Positions 12,103 to 24,419 are shown, counted from the first letter of the whole stretch. The stretch: DNA of 63,236 nucleotides, filler included, from Octopus bimaculoides (GCF_001194135.2; 4 parts of 4 records of this genome joined end to end with filler, not necessarily neighbours in it), one strand, 5' to 3'. Program-made: numbers and translations. The notes: generated from the letters alone by a model not told the origin.

Positions 12103-12265
12103 TGGGCTTCTTTCAGTTTCCATCTACCAAATCCACACACAAGTCTTTGGCTAGCCTGAAGCTTATCGTTGAAAACACTTGCCCATGGTGCCACGCAGTG
12201 GGATTGAACTTAGAACCATGTGATTGGGAAGCAAGTTTCTTACCACACAGCCACACCTATGCCTG
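12103..12265 (-). mobile_element. SINE family A, left part
   Basis: Homologous to 11865-12011. Confidence 0.75.
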
Positions 12266-12671
12266 TGCTTATAAAACAACAAGGAAATATGAAAACAATT
12301 TAGTCAATATTTAAAAAGAATTTTAAAGCAGACAATGGAAAGAATGAGATTTTCTTTGTTGTTTTGAGATGGTGGTGGTTTTCTAATCCGTGTCCGGGTT
12401 CCAGATTGTTATGAATACAATCCCATTAAGCTGTTTTTTCAATAATCCTTGTCGAGTATGTTAAGTATATATATATATATCTGTCCTAGTTGTTGAGATC
12501 TTGGCAGAAACTGGTTTACCACTTGGGGTTTAATTATTTGACAGAAATTTTACTCCTTTAATTTTAAGTACTTCCAGGATATCATATATACATATATATA
12601 TATGCTTGTGTGTGTGTGTATATATATATATATATGTATGTATATATATATATATGTGTATCTCTGTAAAT

Positions 12672-12733
<62 letters not shown>

Positions 12734-13655
12734 GTATATTTATGTGTGTGTGTATGCATGTATATGTACATGTGTATATATGTGTGTGTATGTACATACA
12801 TTATATACACTCACACACAGATACATCACTTTAATGTCCATTTTACCATACACGCATGGGTAAGACAAAGATATACATTCACACATGCACACAAGCAAAA
12901 AGACATATGCACATTTGCACGTACGCACAACCTGAGAAGCCAACCCCCATCCCTTGTCAAACACATCTTCTGAAATAGTCTCTCAAGTCATTCCACTTTC
13001 ATCCTTTCACTTGACATTATTCATCCCTTTGTGTGGAAATCTTAAGTGACAAAACTCAACATCATTGTTGCCCTTGCTAGTTGTTACTTAATTCCTGTTA
13101 CTATTGTTTTGCAGCTAAGTAGATTAGGAAGGTTTGACATTGGAGCATTTATACATTGTCGGCAGCAAAAAGTCTTCTCCATCCAAATCAAAGGAAAGAC
13201 TGGATAATGTTCGTATCATCATCATCGTCGATGTCGTTGTACTTTTCCGTTTACTTCTCCATGGTCCAATGGAGGTCAGATGAATGTATGTTGGAGCAGT
13301 GTTTTCTGTGGCTGGACCACACTCTTCCAGTTTGCCAACCGTGAAAACAGGTGAAAGTAAGTGACAGGAAAAGCATCCAGCCACGGAAAAATCTGTCTCA
13401 ACAAAATGTATATGACCCATGCAAAGCTTGGAAAAAGTAGACATTAAATGAGGGTGAATCACCAGTTGAATTACTAATACACATTATATCATAAACCACA
13501 GTCTCTGGTTGTATCCACCAAGCTGTCACACATGGGAGAAGGTGGTGAACATTTTGTAGGATAGGCATGAGGCCTTATGCTTTATAATATCACAACCATT
13601 CTTTTTATCTTCTTTCGAGTTTCAAAGTTGCAAAAACACCCATGTTTATTATTAA

Positions 13656-13896
13656 CCCTTTTACTGCGGAAACCAGATATATCCACTCCAAATTTCATTA
13701 TCTTTAACTGAAAGCAGATTAATATCCCAATTGTTCTTTTGTTGAGGAATATAATAATATTTGAAACATTTTTCTGTTGAGATATGTCAAGTTTATCAAG
13801 GCAACGTGACCTGCAGAAAATATCAGTTCTATTTATTTGTAGATATTTAGCATCATTTCTGGAATAACTATGAAATTTAATTTCGCAGTCAATGGG
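13656..13896. mobile_element. piggyBac-like MITE
   Basis: TTAA|CCCTTTTACTGCG ... CGCAGTCAATGGG|TGAA; TIRs match 11/13 and the right TSD is mutated. Confidence 0.65.
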
Positions 13897-13916
13897 TGAA
13901 ATATTTAACATGCTAA

Positions 13917-14270
13917 GATGGCGGCCTGACAGAATCGTTATCCATACCAGGCAAAATGCTTACTCTTTTATTTGTTTCAGTCATTTGACTGCGGCCATGC
14001 TGGAGCACCGCCTTTAGTCGAGCAAATCGACCCCAGGACTTATTCAATCGGTCTCTTTTTGCCGAACCGCTAAGTTACGGGGACGTAAACACACACACAT
14101 ACCAGCATCGGTGTTTCGTTCGTCTTTACGTTCTGAATTCAAATTCCGCAGAGGTTAACTTTGCCTTACATCCTTTCGAGGTCAATGAATTAAGTACCAG
14201 TTGAGCACTGGAGTCGATGTAATCCACTAACCTCTTCCACTACAATTTCAGGACTTGCGCTCGTTAGCAG
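13917..14270 (+). mobile_element. SINE family B interrupted by an antisense family A 3' fragment (about 13963-14110)
   Basis: The B head GGCGGCCTGACAGAATCGTT...AAAATGCTTA breaks off and resumes at GTTTCGTTCGTCTTTACGTTCTGAATTCAAATTCC after the reverse-complement A tail. Confidence 0.8.
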
Positions 14271-14282
14271 AAAGGATATTAT

Positions 14283-14670
14283 GGTAATCTTCCAGTTTCG
14301 AGAGGTTAAAAAAGTAAAAATACAAGGGAAATAACTGAACGTCTTACCAGTATTATCCGTACTACTTTTTTTTTTATATAGTTTCAGCTTAGAGCTGCGG
14401 CCATGCTGATGCACCACCGTGTTTATAAATAAATCACGTGATTGAATGTCAGTTTCTTATGAGAAATCGAAAATGCCTCGTGGAAGACCGGCTGCACATC
14501 TTATTTTCCGTTTTGGAAAAAGAAAAAAACATTTTAAACTTTTATAAAAAAAATTCCGTTGCATGCTGTTTTAGAGAAAAAGTAGTACGGATAATACTGG
14601 TAAGTCGTTCAGTTATTTCCCTTGAATATTTTTATTTATTTCTTTTACCTCTCGTAACTGGAAGATTACC
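14283..14670. repeat. About 90-bp inverted repeat pair (14283-14372 / 14577-14670)
   Basis: ggtaatcttccagtttcgagagg...ccagtattatccgtactacttt versus aaagtagtacggataatactgg...cctctcgtaactggaagattacc. Confidence 0.9.
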
Positions 14671-16557
14671 GGATATTATATTAGATACTTCTATAGTTGT
14701 ATATATTTAAAACAATTACCACCTTATTCACTGATTAGTTTGTTACGCTCAGTGATGGATGAGTTACCTACCTGAGTCTGTTTCTTGGTTTATATTTCTT
14801 TCAATTCAGCATAATAATGTCTTGTAGATTTTTCGTCTTTTTTTAGTAAATATATTTCGTATAGCAAACTTTCATAGTATGTACACATAATGGCGGCCAA
14901 CATAATGAAAAAGAAAGTGCCAAATTGTTTACACAGTGAACTTAGTCTCCATTTCGTAGATCTCAAACGATGCAACGTCACATACGAACAAAATGAAAGG
15001 GACAAGAAGTTGAACGTCAGAAAATCTCTTTTCCAACTCACAAGAGTTTATCTGGCGTTATTGTTACAAACATAGAGAGTAGAGATTTGTACAAATGAAG
15101 ACTGTAATTTATCATGTTAAGGGTCGAAAATGAAAAAAAAAGATTTTAAAAATTTTCCCTTTATTTTTGTCTTTTTTTGTATTTTGTATTTCAACCAGAA
15201 ATTAAGATTCTGGGAAGAAATATTTCCAAATATGCCCAGGAATAAGAACAACTTTAAAGTACATTGTTTGCTTGAAAAGAAATTTTAATTAAAAGTGAAC
15301 GAGATTGTGAGGTGCTCATGCCTTTATCTTCAATAAACATAAAGTGAAACGACCAACAACCATGAACTAAAAACGATAGTCATTTAAAAAATATGAAAAA
15401 AACAAAATTGCCCTCCTTCCCGTTCGACGTTGTGTACTTTCATCCCCCCCCTCTAATACTCGCTTCCTTTAGTCATCTTCTCTAACTTATACTCAACCTT
15501 TCACTCTCTCTATCTTAATAAGCTGTTAATTGCTCTTCAAGTGATTTAATAGTACAGAACTGCAGCCGAATGTTGAAACATAAAACTCCACAATCAATAC
15601 AGTGCCAAGCTGAACTATATACAATAAAGACTTGACAAATCTCTCTCTCTCTCTTTATATATATAACCTCAACCAGTCTAATCTTGGATATTTCTATCCC
15701 TCTGAGGTTTATATATCCTCACTTGTACTTTAATATATAAGTTTTTTAGGGCCAGTTTATGGGATTACCCTGGGTTTCACGTTCATAAAAACGCAGAGCT
15801 TTACAGCGTATCATAAGACCCCAAAACCTGTTCGCTTAGGGCCTCTCTAGAATATGGCGATGCAAACTGGAAAAATAGAACTCTCAGATGTTTATAACCG
15901 ATCATGGGTGGTTAGTTAGTTGGATGGCGTAGCGACAAAATTTCATAGTCGAATGACTGAAAGCATTTTTAACTAATGAGTGGGATTGTACTATTTCTTA
16001 TGTGCCAACAAGAGAGCACACACACACGCTTTTTTCCACTTTGTTTTCCACATTAAATATTCCGATATAATAGTATTCTTCACCACCTGAAAAGTATTTG
16101 CAGAAAATTTCGTTAAAAAATATCAATTTTTCTGAAAGAAATAAATTTGGTAGTGAACGCAACTGAGTAGGTATGCCCATCTTAGAATGTAGACATTTGG
16201 TAGTGCCACTTCCACACGTATAAAGAATACAACTTTAAAGAGCCAATGAGAAAACCTGTGGTTACTTGGACTAATTAAACCGTCTTAATTTTCGATTTAT
16301 AGTAAATTTTATAAACGACAAAACACCATACTTTAAATTCTAGCATGTCGTTCTTATGTGGTTGGTCCCCTCCGTTTGTACTTGAGGTCGTTGTTACATT
16401 TTACTTCGAATGTGATCAGTTTTCAAAACTTGTGAAATATATCTGAGATGTGACTAATGACACCTGATATATAACATTTAATTACCAATAAATCTCAATG
16501 TGCCGCAAAATTTCTATAAATGTGTTACCAATGCGAACAGCTGAGAAAGCTCTGAAA

Positions 16558-16940
16558 GCGTGACTGTGTGGTGTAAAACGTTTGTTTCCCAATGACATGG
16601 TTTTGGATTCGGTCCCACTGCGTGGCACCTTGGGCAAGTGTCTTTAATTATAGCTCTGAGCCAACTGAAACGTTGCGAGTAGATTTGGTTGACAAAACCA
16701 GAAAGCAGCCCATCGTATGTACATGTATATATTTATGTGTGTGTGTGTGTGTGAACTTTTGTCTTCTACCAAATCCTTGACAACCCGTTTTGGTTTGTTT
16801 ATGTAACCGTAACTTAGCGATTCAGACAAAAAAGAGATGCCGATATAGTATATATTCCAGGCTTTTAAAACAAGTACTGGGGGTCGATTTGTCCTAGCAT
16901 GGCTGCAGAGTAAAGACCGAAATAAATACAAGATAAAAGG
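16558..16940 (+). mobile_element. SINE family A, diverged
   Basis: Head, CTTGGGCAAGTGTCTT core and tail are all recognisable. Confidence 0.75.
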
Positions 16941-17148
16941 CATAGTCATGATTTGAGGGAACCTAGTTGCTATTTCTAGCATGTTGTAGCAGTGCCTCTC
17001 CCCTGGATCTATTAGGAAAAAAAGGTAGTGATGCCAATGGCTCATTGGTCTGCTGTTGATCTCTAGAGAAGCAGGAAGCTGTACAAACGGAAGTATGGAT
17101 GCTCTATGTTATGTGATTGAGATATCTATATCTATATCTATCTATCTA

Positions 17149-17194
<46 letters not shown>

Positions 17195-17259
17195 TCAGTC
17201 ATTAAACGTCTGCGCGTCTTCCAACTAGACTTGAGGCCTCCACCATATCACTCTGCTTA

Positions 17260-18010
17260 GCATACCTCCCACTCTATTCTATTTCTCTTCCCTCACACTT
17301 GTATTTATAGCTTTTCTTCCCTCACTCTCCTCCGTCTTCTCCTTATTCTCTCCTCCCTCACTTTTATCTTATTCGTTCTTTAATCTCTCCTCCCTCACTT
17401 TCTCTTTATTCCGTTCTGTGTTCTCTTCCTTGTTCTCTCTCTCTCTCACTCTCTTTCCTCACTTCTCCACTCTCTCTTCCTCTTTTCACACATTTTCTTC
17501 TTCCCTTCCTTCCATTCTGTGTTCTCTTCCTCGCTCCCCTCTTCTTTCATTACACCATCTCTCCTCTCACTCTCTCTTTACTTACACTCTTTCTCCTTCC
17601 CCACTTGTCCTCCTCTCTCACATCTTATTTCTTTTCTTTCCTTCCTTTCTGTGTTCTCTTCCTCCTCTCTTTACCTTCCTTATCTTTCTTGTATATCTCA
17701 CATCTCTGCCCTTTCCTCGAACTTTCATTTCCTATTTACATCCTCTTTTCTTTCATTCATTTCCTCGTTCTCTCAATTTATTCTTTTGTCTTCTCGCCCC
17801 TTTTGTAATATAGGGAGCTTCTAGCAATTTCTTCACCCCCTCTCTCTTTTGCCTCATCTATCACACTTTCTTCTCAGCCCTCTACCTTTTCCTCTTCTTT
17901 GTACCTCTCTTTATTTATCATATACTTTCTCCCTTTACTCCTACCATTCTCTTTCTCACTCATAATCTCTAACACGTTCTTATCTCTTTCTCTGTACCTC
18001 TCACTTAATC
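17260..18010. repeat. Long polypyrimidine (CT-rich) low-complexity tract
   Basis: About 750 bp of mostly C/T with degenerate units such as ctctcctccctcacttt. Confidence 0.85.
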
Positions 18011-18424
18011 TTTCTCCCTCTCTAGTCCTCGTTTAAAATTTCTACCACTTTCCGTTTCCTCTCCTTCCGACTTCTAGAACTTTCGTATTCTGTCATCATC
18101 TTCGCATCACTCATTCTTTTTTTATTTCTTTTTAAAATTCTGCCATTAACTGCTGAGCAAGACCGGAAGTGATTTATGCGGAATTGAACAGTAAGCTGAC
18201 AAGGAAGACCCCCCCCCTTCTTGGCCACTAAAAATAGCAGTTATGTCTCTCTCAAATCACACTCTAACATTTAAGAAAAACGACACGTTAGTTAATATAG
18301 TCCAAAGTACTATGACTCGAGCAAATTTTACCACCGATCATAGGTTCGCTCTATCGGAGCTGCCATAGGGCTTAAACAATAACTAATTCGAGCCGGCGAA
18401 CGAAAGCTATATATAGGAATCTCC

Positions 18425-18615
18425 ATATGCTAAAAAAAAAATAGCAGCCAAATCGCTCCCAGCCACATTCTACTGTCTTCAAGATAAACAACAAAATATT
18501 ACACAGACAACGTTATCGTAAATTTTAGAAAAAGACATGATGGTCAAGGCTGGAACGTCTTTGATCATGTCTACGTGATGGCGGCTTGCCTGGGGCTATA
18601 AGCGGCAAAAACAAA
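18425..18615 (+). mobile_element. Dispersed repeat family D (SINE- or LINE-tail-like)
   Basis: CTAGAAATAGCAGCCAAATC...GATGGTCA.GGCTGGAACG...CTGGGGCTA motifs are shared with 20205-20420, 25720-25915, 41655-42370 and 49145-49310. Confidence 0.65.
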
Positions 18616-18781
18616 TCGCTTCATCTACCGGTGAGGGGAGCCTGAATGTGGTAGTGTCCATCTGTTAGAAATAGCAGCCACATCATCTTCAAAGCATATT
18701 TTTTCCTGTAAAAAAAACCCCCTCCTCCTGGATTCTTAAACAACTGCTCAGGTGTTGGTGGTAGTGTTGTTGATAGTGGCG

Positions 18782-19265
18782 CTGATTTGCCAAAAGTCGT
18801 GAGAATTCGAATCTGAAGCTAGAAAAGGTAGTTAAGACACCCTCGAATTTCCCTAGAAGAATTGGTTTTAGTGTAAGCGCAATTGGGATGCGGTGTCAGT
18901 TGACACTGTAGAACGAAATGTAATTCTAGCAATTTCTATCCTCTATACCGCGAAAGAGTAGGCTCGGGGCCTAAAACTCCTTGCCAGCACATAATCTTCA
19001 TCCACCGCAATCGCGGGCCGTTGCACGTAATAAAAATTTCCCAACGGTACGATGATGCGAAATGTAGACGCCACCGCTTCCCCGTGCAGAGTGATCTGCG
19101 AAGTAGCCTTTTTTAAATGCATCTTGTGACTGTCATAAGTCTTTAGACGTTCTAAAACTTTTCTTTTTATTTTTGGACTTTCTCATAGGAGAAAGCGTGA
19201 GAAATTACTTGTAAAAACGTGAGAGCGAAAGATTATGAGTAAAATCGTGAGACTTGGCCAATCTG
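18782..19265. mobile_element. hAT-like MITE
   Basis: Imperfect 13-bp TIRs CTGATTTGCCAAA / CTTGGCCAATCTG, repeated subterminal CGTGAGA, and 8-bp flanks TAGTGGCG / TAGTAGTG (6/8 match). Confidence 0.5.
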
Positions 19266-19491
19266 TAGTAGTGGTGGTGAAGTTCAGTATCAATGAACTA
19301 GCGTCGGAATTTTATGTCCTCAGTTCAAATCTCTGCCTTTCCTTTCCGGGGAATCACTGAAATTACAAACCCTTACGTTCTGAGTTCAAATTCTGCCGAA
19401 GGTAGACCTTGCCTTTCATTCTTTTAAATGTCTTGTTCTTCTTTTATAATTATATTCACATCCAGTCGGAATTTTTAAAGGAATATTAAGT

Positions 19492-19938
19492 CCTCCCTTG
19501 CAAATGCTATACGGACACAAACTGTGTCGATAGCCAGCTGGAAAAGATGTTTTTCTGGGGCTGAAACAACAGTAACATCGTCCTTTACAGGACTGCCACA
19601 TTCTGTTGGCATATAAACCTTACTATCCGGTACTTCTACTGTATATCTCTGGCTCAGAGATTTAAAACAAGTTGTTTTTGTCTCTATACAAGTTCAGTGA
19701 TGTGTGAGTCGCTTAAAAAATATGTAGCATTTGCAAGTGGAGAGAGCTTTCGTCACTAGCTTGTGGTTGTCTCACACTGACGACGAATAACAGCCAGAAA
19801 CGTAGTAAGGCTAGAGATGGGAGCGATGACCTCCCTTGCAAATGCTATACGGACACAAACTGTGTCGATAGCCAGCTGGAAAAGATGTTTTCCTGGGGTT
19901 AAAACAACAGTAACGTCGTCCTCTACAGGACTGCCACA
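19492..19938 (+). repeat. 109-bp direct repeat (19492-19600 and 19830-19938)
   Basis: Five mismatches in 109 bp, all transitions. It includes a family-D-like CTGGGG(C/T)T.AAACAAC. Confidence 0.9.
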
Positions 19939-21174
19939 ATATCAGTTCTCCAAAACCTGAAATGAAAAGGTTTCTAGAAAAATCTTTTTCTTTCATAATG
20001 AGGATATTAATTTATCTTATCGCATTTGTTTTATTCTTTTTATATTTACAATCCTAATCTCCATATAAGTAGAATCAATAGACTTCTTTTTTTTTAAATT
20101 CAAAGAATCTATGATTTTCTTCCTTTCAAATCAAGGAGGAGGTAACGTCGGCGTAAATGAATATATAATTAGTTGTAAAAGTTCCCAGATCCCTTGCTCT
20201 ACGTAGATGCTTTATTTGCTAGAAATAACGGCAAAATCCCCCATCGAATCACACCTCGCTGCCTTTAAAAGCTAAAATGAAACAAAAGCGATTCTTGGAT
20301 GAATGTATTCCTGCCCACATTAGTATTGATAGTAAATAGTAGAGTGGATGGTCATAGCTGGAACGCTTCGTTTGACCAAAGGTCTGCTCGAACACAAACT
20401 GACTTTGGGCTAAACAACTACTACTACCACCACTACCACCACCACCACAGCTGCTACTACTATTACTGTTACAACTACTACTACTACTACAACTACTACT
20501 ACTACCACTACTACTACTACTACAGCTAAAGTATTTTCTTTACACAGTAAATATTCATGTCATGACAAAAACTTTCTACATCACAGCATAACTTCATCGA
20601 AAGAGATTCCTGAACAGAAAACCAGGCTTCGTTAGCAGAAGTTTCATACAACACATATTTGAAACGAAAGATTGCCTATATTTATATGCTAGTGGTGGCG
20701 ATGACGAGTAGAGGTGGAGAGGCCAGATGGTGGTGATGGATTATCTAAGTGGCTTTCACCACCGCCAACGCCGTCTTTGTCATCACCATCGTCATCGTCG
20801 TCATCATCAGCCAACACCTTCCTTCCTTTCTTCGCTTTGAAAAGCCCCCCCCCTCACTATTTTAGAGTCTGTCATTTTGTCTTCCTCTCCTTTCTGTCTG
20901 TCTGGTTAACTGACTGGCTGAATGCACACACACATATATATTAAACAATACATGTATTAGGGCTAGGGTTAGGGTATGTATACATACATACACACATACA
21001 TAGTCGTGGCCAAAAGTTTGGAGCAGTTTTTTGAAAATTAAAATTGTTATGCCCAAGTACAATTCGATTCAAATATATACAACGTATGTTTTTGGACATT
21101 TAATATAAAAATTTTAATTTTCAGACCTATGTTCCAAACTTTTGGCTATGACTGTACATACATATATACATACA

Positions 21175-21410
21175 TGATAGAAAAATACAAGAGAACATCT
21201 ACGAACCATTGATAAGGAATTTGCAATTCCAGTACCCGAGAAACGCTTTCAGCTTCATACCCTTTGTTACTGGAGCAACAGGATACATATCAACCCAACT
21301 GGAGCAAAGTATGGCTGAACTTGGGATCTTGGGGAGAGAACGCTAAACCTTAATTCATGTTACAAATGATCACGATATCTGGGGCTGTAAAAATCTGCAA
21401 GACGCTCTTA
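21175..21410 (+). mobile_element. R4/NeSL-like (restriction-like endonuclease) LINE C-terminal remnant
   Basis: IYEPLIRNLQFQYPRNAFSFIPFVTGATGYISTQLEQSMAELG...ITISGAVKICKTLL. Confidence 0.65.
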
Positions 21411-21608
21411 GAGAGCTGCACCAGGCTCCAGTCTGTTTTGGCATGGTTTCTATGGCCAGATGCCCTTCCTAATGCCAACCACTTTACTGAGTGTCTTTTA
21501 CTTGTCATCCAGCTGTAGAAGCCATGCCACAACAGACAGTTAAGAGTCTGGCACGCTCCATGTCAAACCATCCAACCTAAACCAGCATGGAAAGTGGATG
21601 TTAAACAA
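21410..21608. mobile_element. Dispersed repeat family E (retroposon tail ending in (GAT)n)
   Basis: CCAGCATGGAAAGTGGA.(A/G)TTAAA(C/T)GATGAT is shared with 36985-37143; related pieces lie at 13345-13452, 26990-27170 and 33345-33420. Confidence 0.6.
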
Positions 21609-22146
21609 TGATAATGTTTGCTCAATGTCCACTCAGCTATAAATTACTAACCTGGCAATGGACTGGAGTACCATTCAGAGGAAGTATCGAGATCTTGATT
21701 CTGGATAACTGGCCCTATGAGCCCAAGGGCCCAAGGCGATTATGTTTAGGGTTTGAGGATCTCTTGATTCCCAATCATTTTGTGCCATCTCACCTCACTC
21801 AAAACTCACAAGATCTTCATACAAATGCTGCTGTGGTTCACACTTTGTCTGGGACTTCTTTATAGATCAGCGTTTATCCCTGACAGAACAATAGGTTGTA
21901 TGACCAGGGAGAATTTACAGATTCAGTTTCGAATCTCAGGTAGGGCTAAAGCAAGGTTCCACACAGGTACAACTCGTTTTTGCCAGCCGAGAGGACTGGA
22001 ACAACGGAGAAATAAACGGCACAATGTGCTGCCTGGGATGGAACTCACAGCCTTACAGTCCTGACCTAAACACCCTAACCATTAAGCCACATGCATTCAC
22101 TACCGCAACAACTGATATCTATGATGTTTTGCAAACACATGTGCAG

Positions 22147-22277
22147 GTGCACTTTCTTATGCGGTTGTACATGTTTCACTGGAGTTCCCTGGAACAGGAA
22201 ATGACCTTTTGCTGTGTTTGGCAACGCCCTCTCTTCTGCGACTTGTTTACAATGAAATCATAAAAGCTGCAACATGA
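22147..22277 (+). CDS. Candidate terminal coding exon; product unidentified
   Basis: After gtgcag| the phase-1 frame reads ALSYAVVHVSLEFPGTGNDLLLCLATPSLLRLVYNEIIKAAT*, a protein-like composition in unique sequence. The polypyrimidine tract is weak. Confidence 0.35.
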
Positions 22278-22376
22278 GTTTTGTTTTTGATTTTTTGTTT
22301 TTAATTATTTATTTACTTATTTCTTGCTTGGGGTGGAGCTAACTAAAAACTCTGTTTGTTGTACGAAATGTAATTT

Positions 22377-22417
<41 letters not shown>

Positions 22418-22668
22418 GCACACACATACATATATATATGTATATATATTTATATATATATACACACACACATATATAAATATACATACACACACATACT
22501 CGTGTTGTAATTCACAACTTATAATATTCCTCTTTCTCTCTATATATATATGTGTGTATGAATGTATGTACATATATATATATGTATTTATGTGTACATA
22601 TATATATATATATGTATGTGTGTGCATATTTTCATATACATGCATATATGTGTGTTTGTTTTTGTTTG

Positions 22669-22707
<39 letters not shown>

Positions 22708-22716
22708 ATGTGTGGG

Positions 22717-22751
<35 letters not shown>

Positions 22752-23096
22752 ACATCCAATGGCTTTCTCTATGGAACGATTATTTCCTTGAATACTTCTT
22801 GTAAGAAAATGACAAGGTTCTTTTGTCAGTGACTGCCTCTGTCTGTATGTCAGTATACACACACACATGAATATGTATGTGTGTGTGTGTAAGTGTGTGT
22901 GACATTAACAGAGCCAAATATAGAATTGGTAAAAACAAAGAAAAGTAAGTCCTCCCTCTTTCTCTCTCCCTCTCCCCCCCCCCCCCTCTCTCTCTCTCTC
23001 TCAGACTTTCTCCATTTCACTGACTGATTTTATCTATGGAATGTTGGGTCAGACAAATTCTATATGGTAATTTTTATTACATGCATACATATATTG

Positions 23097-23590
23097 GGCA
23101 CAGGTATGGCTGTGTGGTAAGAAGTTTGCTTCTCAACCACATAGTTCCAGGTTCTGTTCCACTGCATGGCACCTTGGGCAAGTGTCTTTTTCAATAAAGC
23201 CTCGGGCCAATAAAGAAATAAGAAGCTTGCTTCCCAACCACATGGTTCCGGGTTCAGTCTCACTGCATTGCACCTTGGGCAAGTGCCTTCTACTATAGCC
23301 TCGGGCCAACCAAAGCCTTGTGAGTGGATTTGGTAGACAGAATCAGAAAGAAGCATATCATATGTATGTATGTGTGTGTTTGTGTGTCTGTGTTTGTCCC
23401 CCCATCATCACTTGACAACCGATGTTGGTGTATTTATATCCCCGTAACTTAGCAGTTCGGCAAAACGGAACCAATCGAATAAGTACTAGGCTTACAAAGA
23501 ATAAGTCCTGGGGTCAGTTTGTTTGACTAAAGGCGGTGCTCCAGTATGGCTGCAGTCAAATTAGTGAAACTAGTAAAAGAATAAAAGAAT
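23097..23590 (+). mobile_element. SINE family A with a tandem-duplicated head
   Basis: Head at 23097-23208, then a second head from about 23218 that continues through the tail. Confidence 0.85.
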
Positions 23591-23613
23591 AATGGTTTGG
23601 TACCTCTGAGACT

Positions 23614-23701
23614 AGGAGACACTGGCACAACGTGCCATGCAGTGGGACTGAACCTGGAACCATGTGGTTTGGAAGCAAGTTTCTTACCCCACAGTCATGC
23701 C
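23614..23701 (-). mobile_element. SINE family A head, inverted relative to 23097-23590
   Basis: GTGCCATGCAGTGGGACTGAACCTGGAACCATGTGG is the reverse complement of the head. Confidence 0.75.
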
Positions 23702-24190
23702 ATATATACACACACAACTTCTACTTTGATAATAGGGTGGTGGTGGTGGTGGCCAGTTTATAGTCTAAAGGGGTGAGTAGTTCCTTACCAAGGTGGAATT
23801 GTGACAAACAGTGCTTAGTAGGGTGTGAAGAGCAGTGTTTAGTAGAGCGTGTCAGATGCTCCTGGACCAACCCTGTATCAAGGTGGAAAAAGTATTTTTA
23901 AAATCTTTTCATTGTCAGATTTTTGTGATTCTTAAAGAAATACTGTGGAGACACAAAAAGGCACTGATGCGTGAAACTGTGAAAATAGTTGCTATATACA
24001 TGATCATGATGATGACAAGGACACAAAAAGTCACTGACGCATGAAATTGTAAAAATCATTGGTATGATTATGATGATGATGATGATATGAAAAGTTACTG
24101 ATGCGTGAAACCGTAAAAATAGATGGCATTCTTTTATTCTTTTACTAGTTTCAATCATTTGATTGCAGCCATTCTGGAGCACCACCTTAA

Positions 24191-24413
24191 CCCTTTTGAT
24201 ACCAACCGGACTGAAACCGCCTCTGGCTCTGTAACACAAGTGTTTTGTTTTCAAAAGTTCTGAATTAAAATCTTCCACCAATCCTTGGTCACAGTTTATG
24301 TTCCTAACACTAGCTTAATGATAACGAAGTTATTTTACTAAATTCTTTGTTATATTCAAAATTAATTCAAAGAAACACAGAGCATCTCAACAGAAATATG
24401 GTAACAAAAGGCT
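24191..24413. mobile_element. piggyBac-like MITE, copy 1
   Basis: TTAA|CCCTTTTGATACC ... GGTAACAAAAGGC; homologous to 33545-33770. Confidence 0.85.
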
Positions 24414-24419
24414 TTAAGA

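Noticed and set aside
12550-12973. Many YI/HT/CV-repeat ORFs (also 22376-22832, 28194-28749, 39334-39967, 43786-44129, 53240-54340)
   Set aside because: Translations of (TA)n/(CA)n microsatellites, which lack stop codons.
14890-15075. ORF MAANIMKKKVPN... as a protein-coding first exon
   Set aside because: No convincing donor and no recognisable homology; only the YY1-like motif is retained as a note.
19416-19996. Two similar Cys-rich ORFs (WQSCKGRCYCCF...CPYSICKGG) suggesting duplicated peptide genes
   Set aside because: They are the antisense reading of the 109-bp repeat-derived duplication, with no signal peptide and no consistent splice sites.
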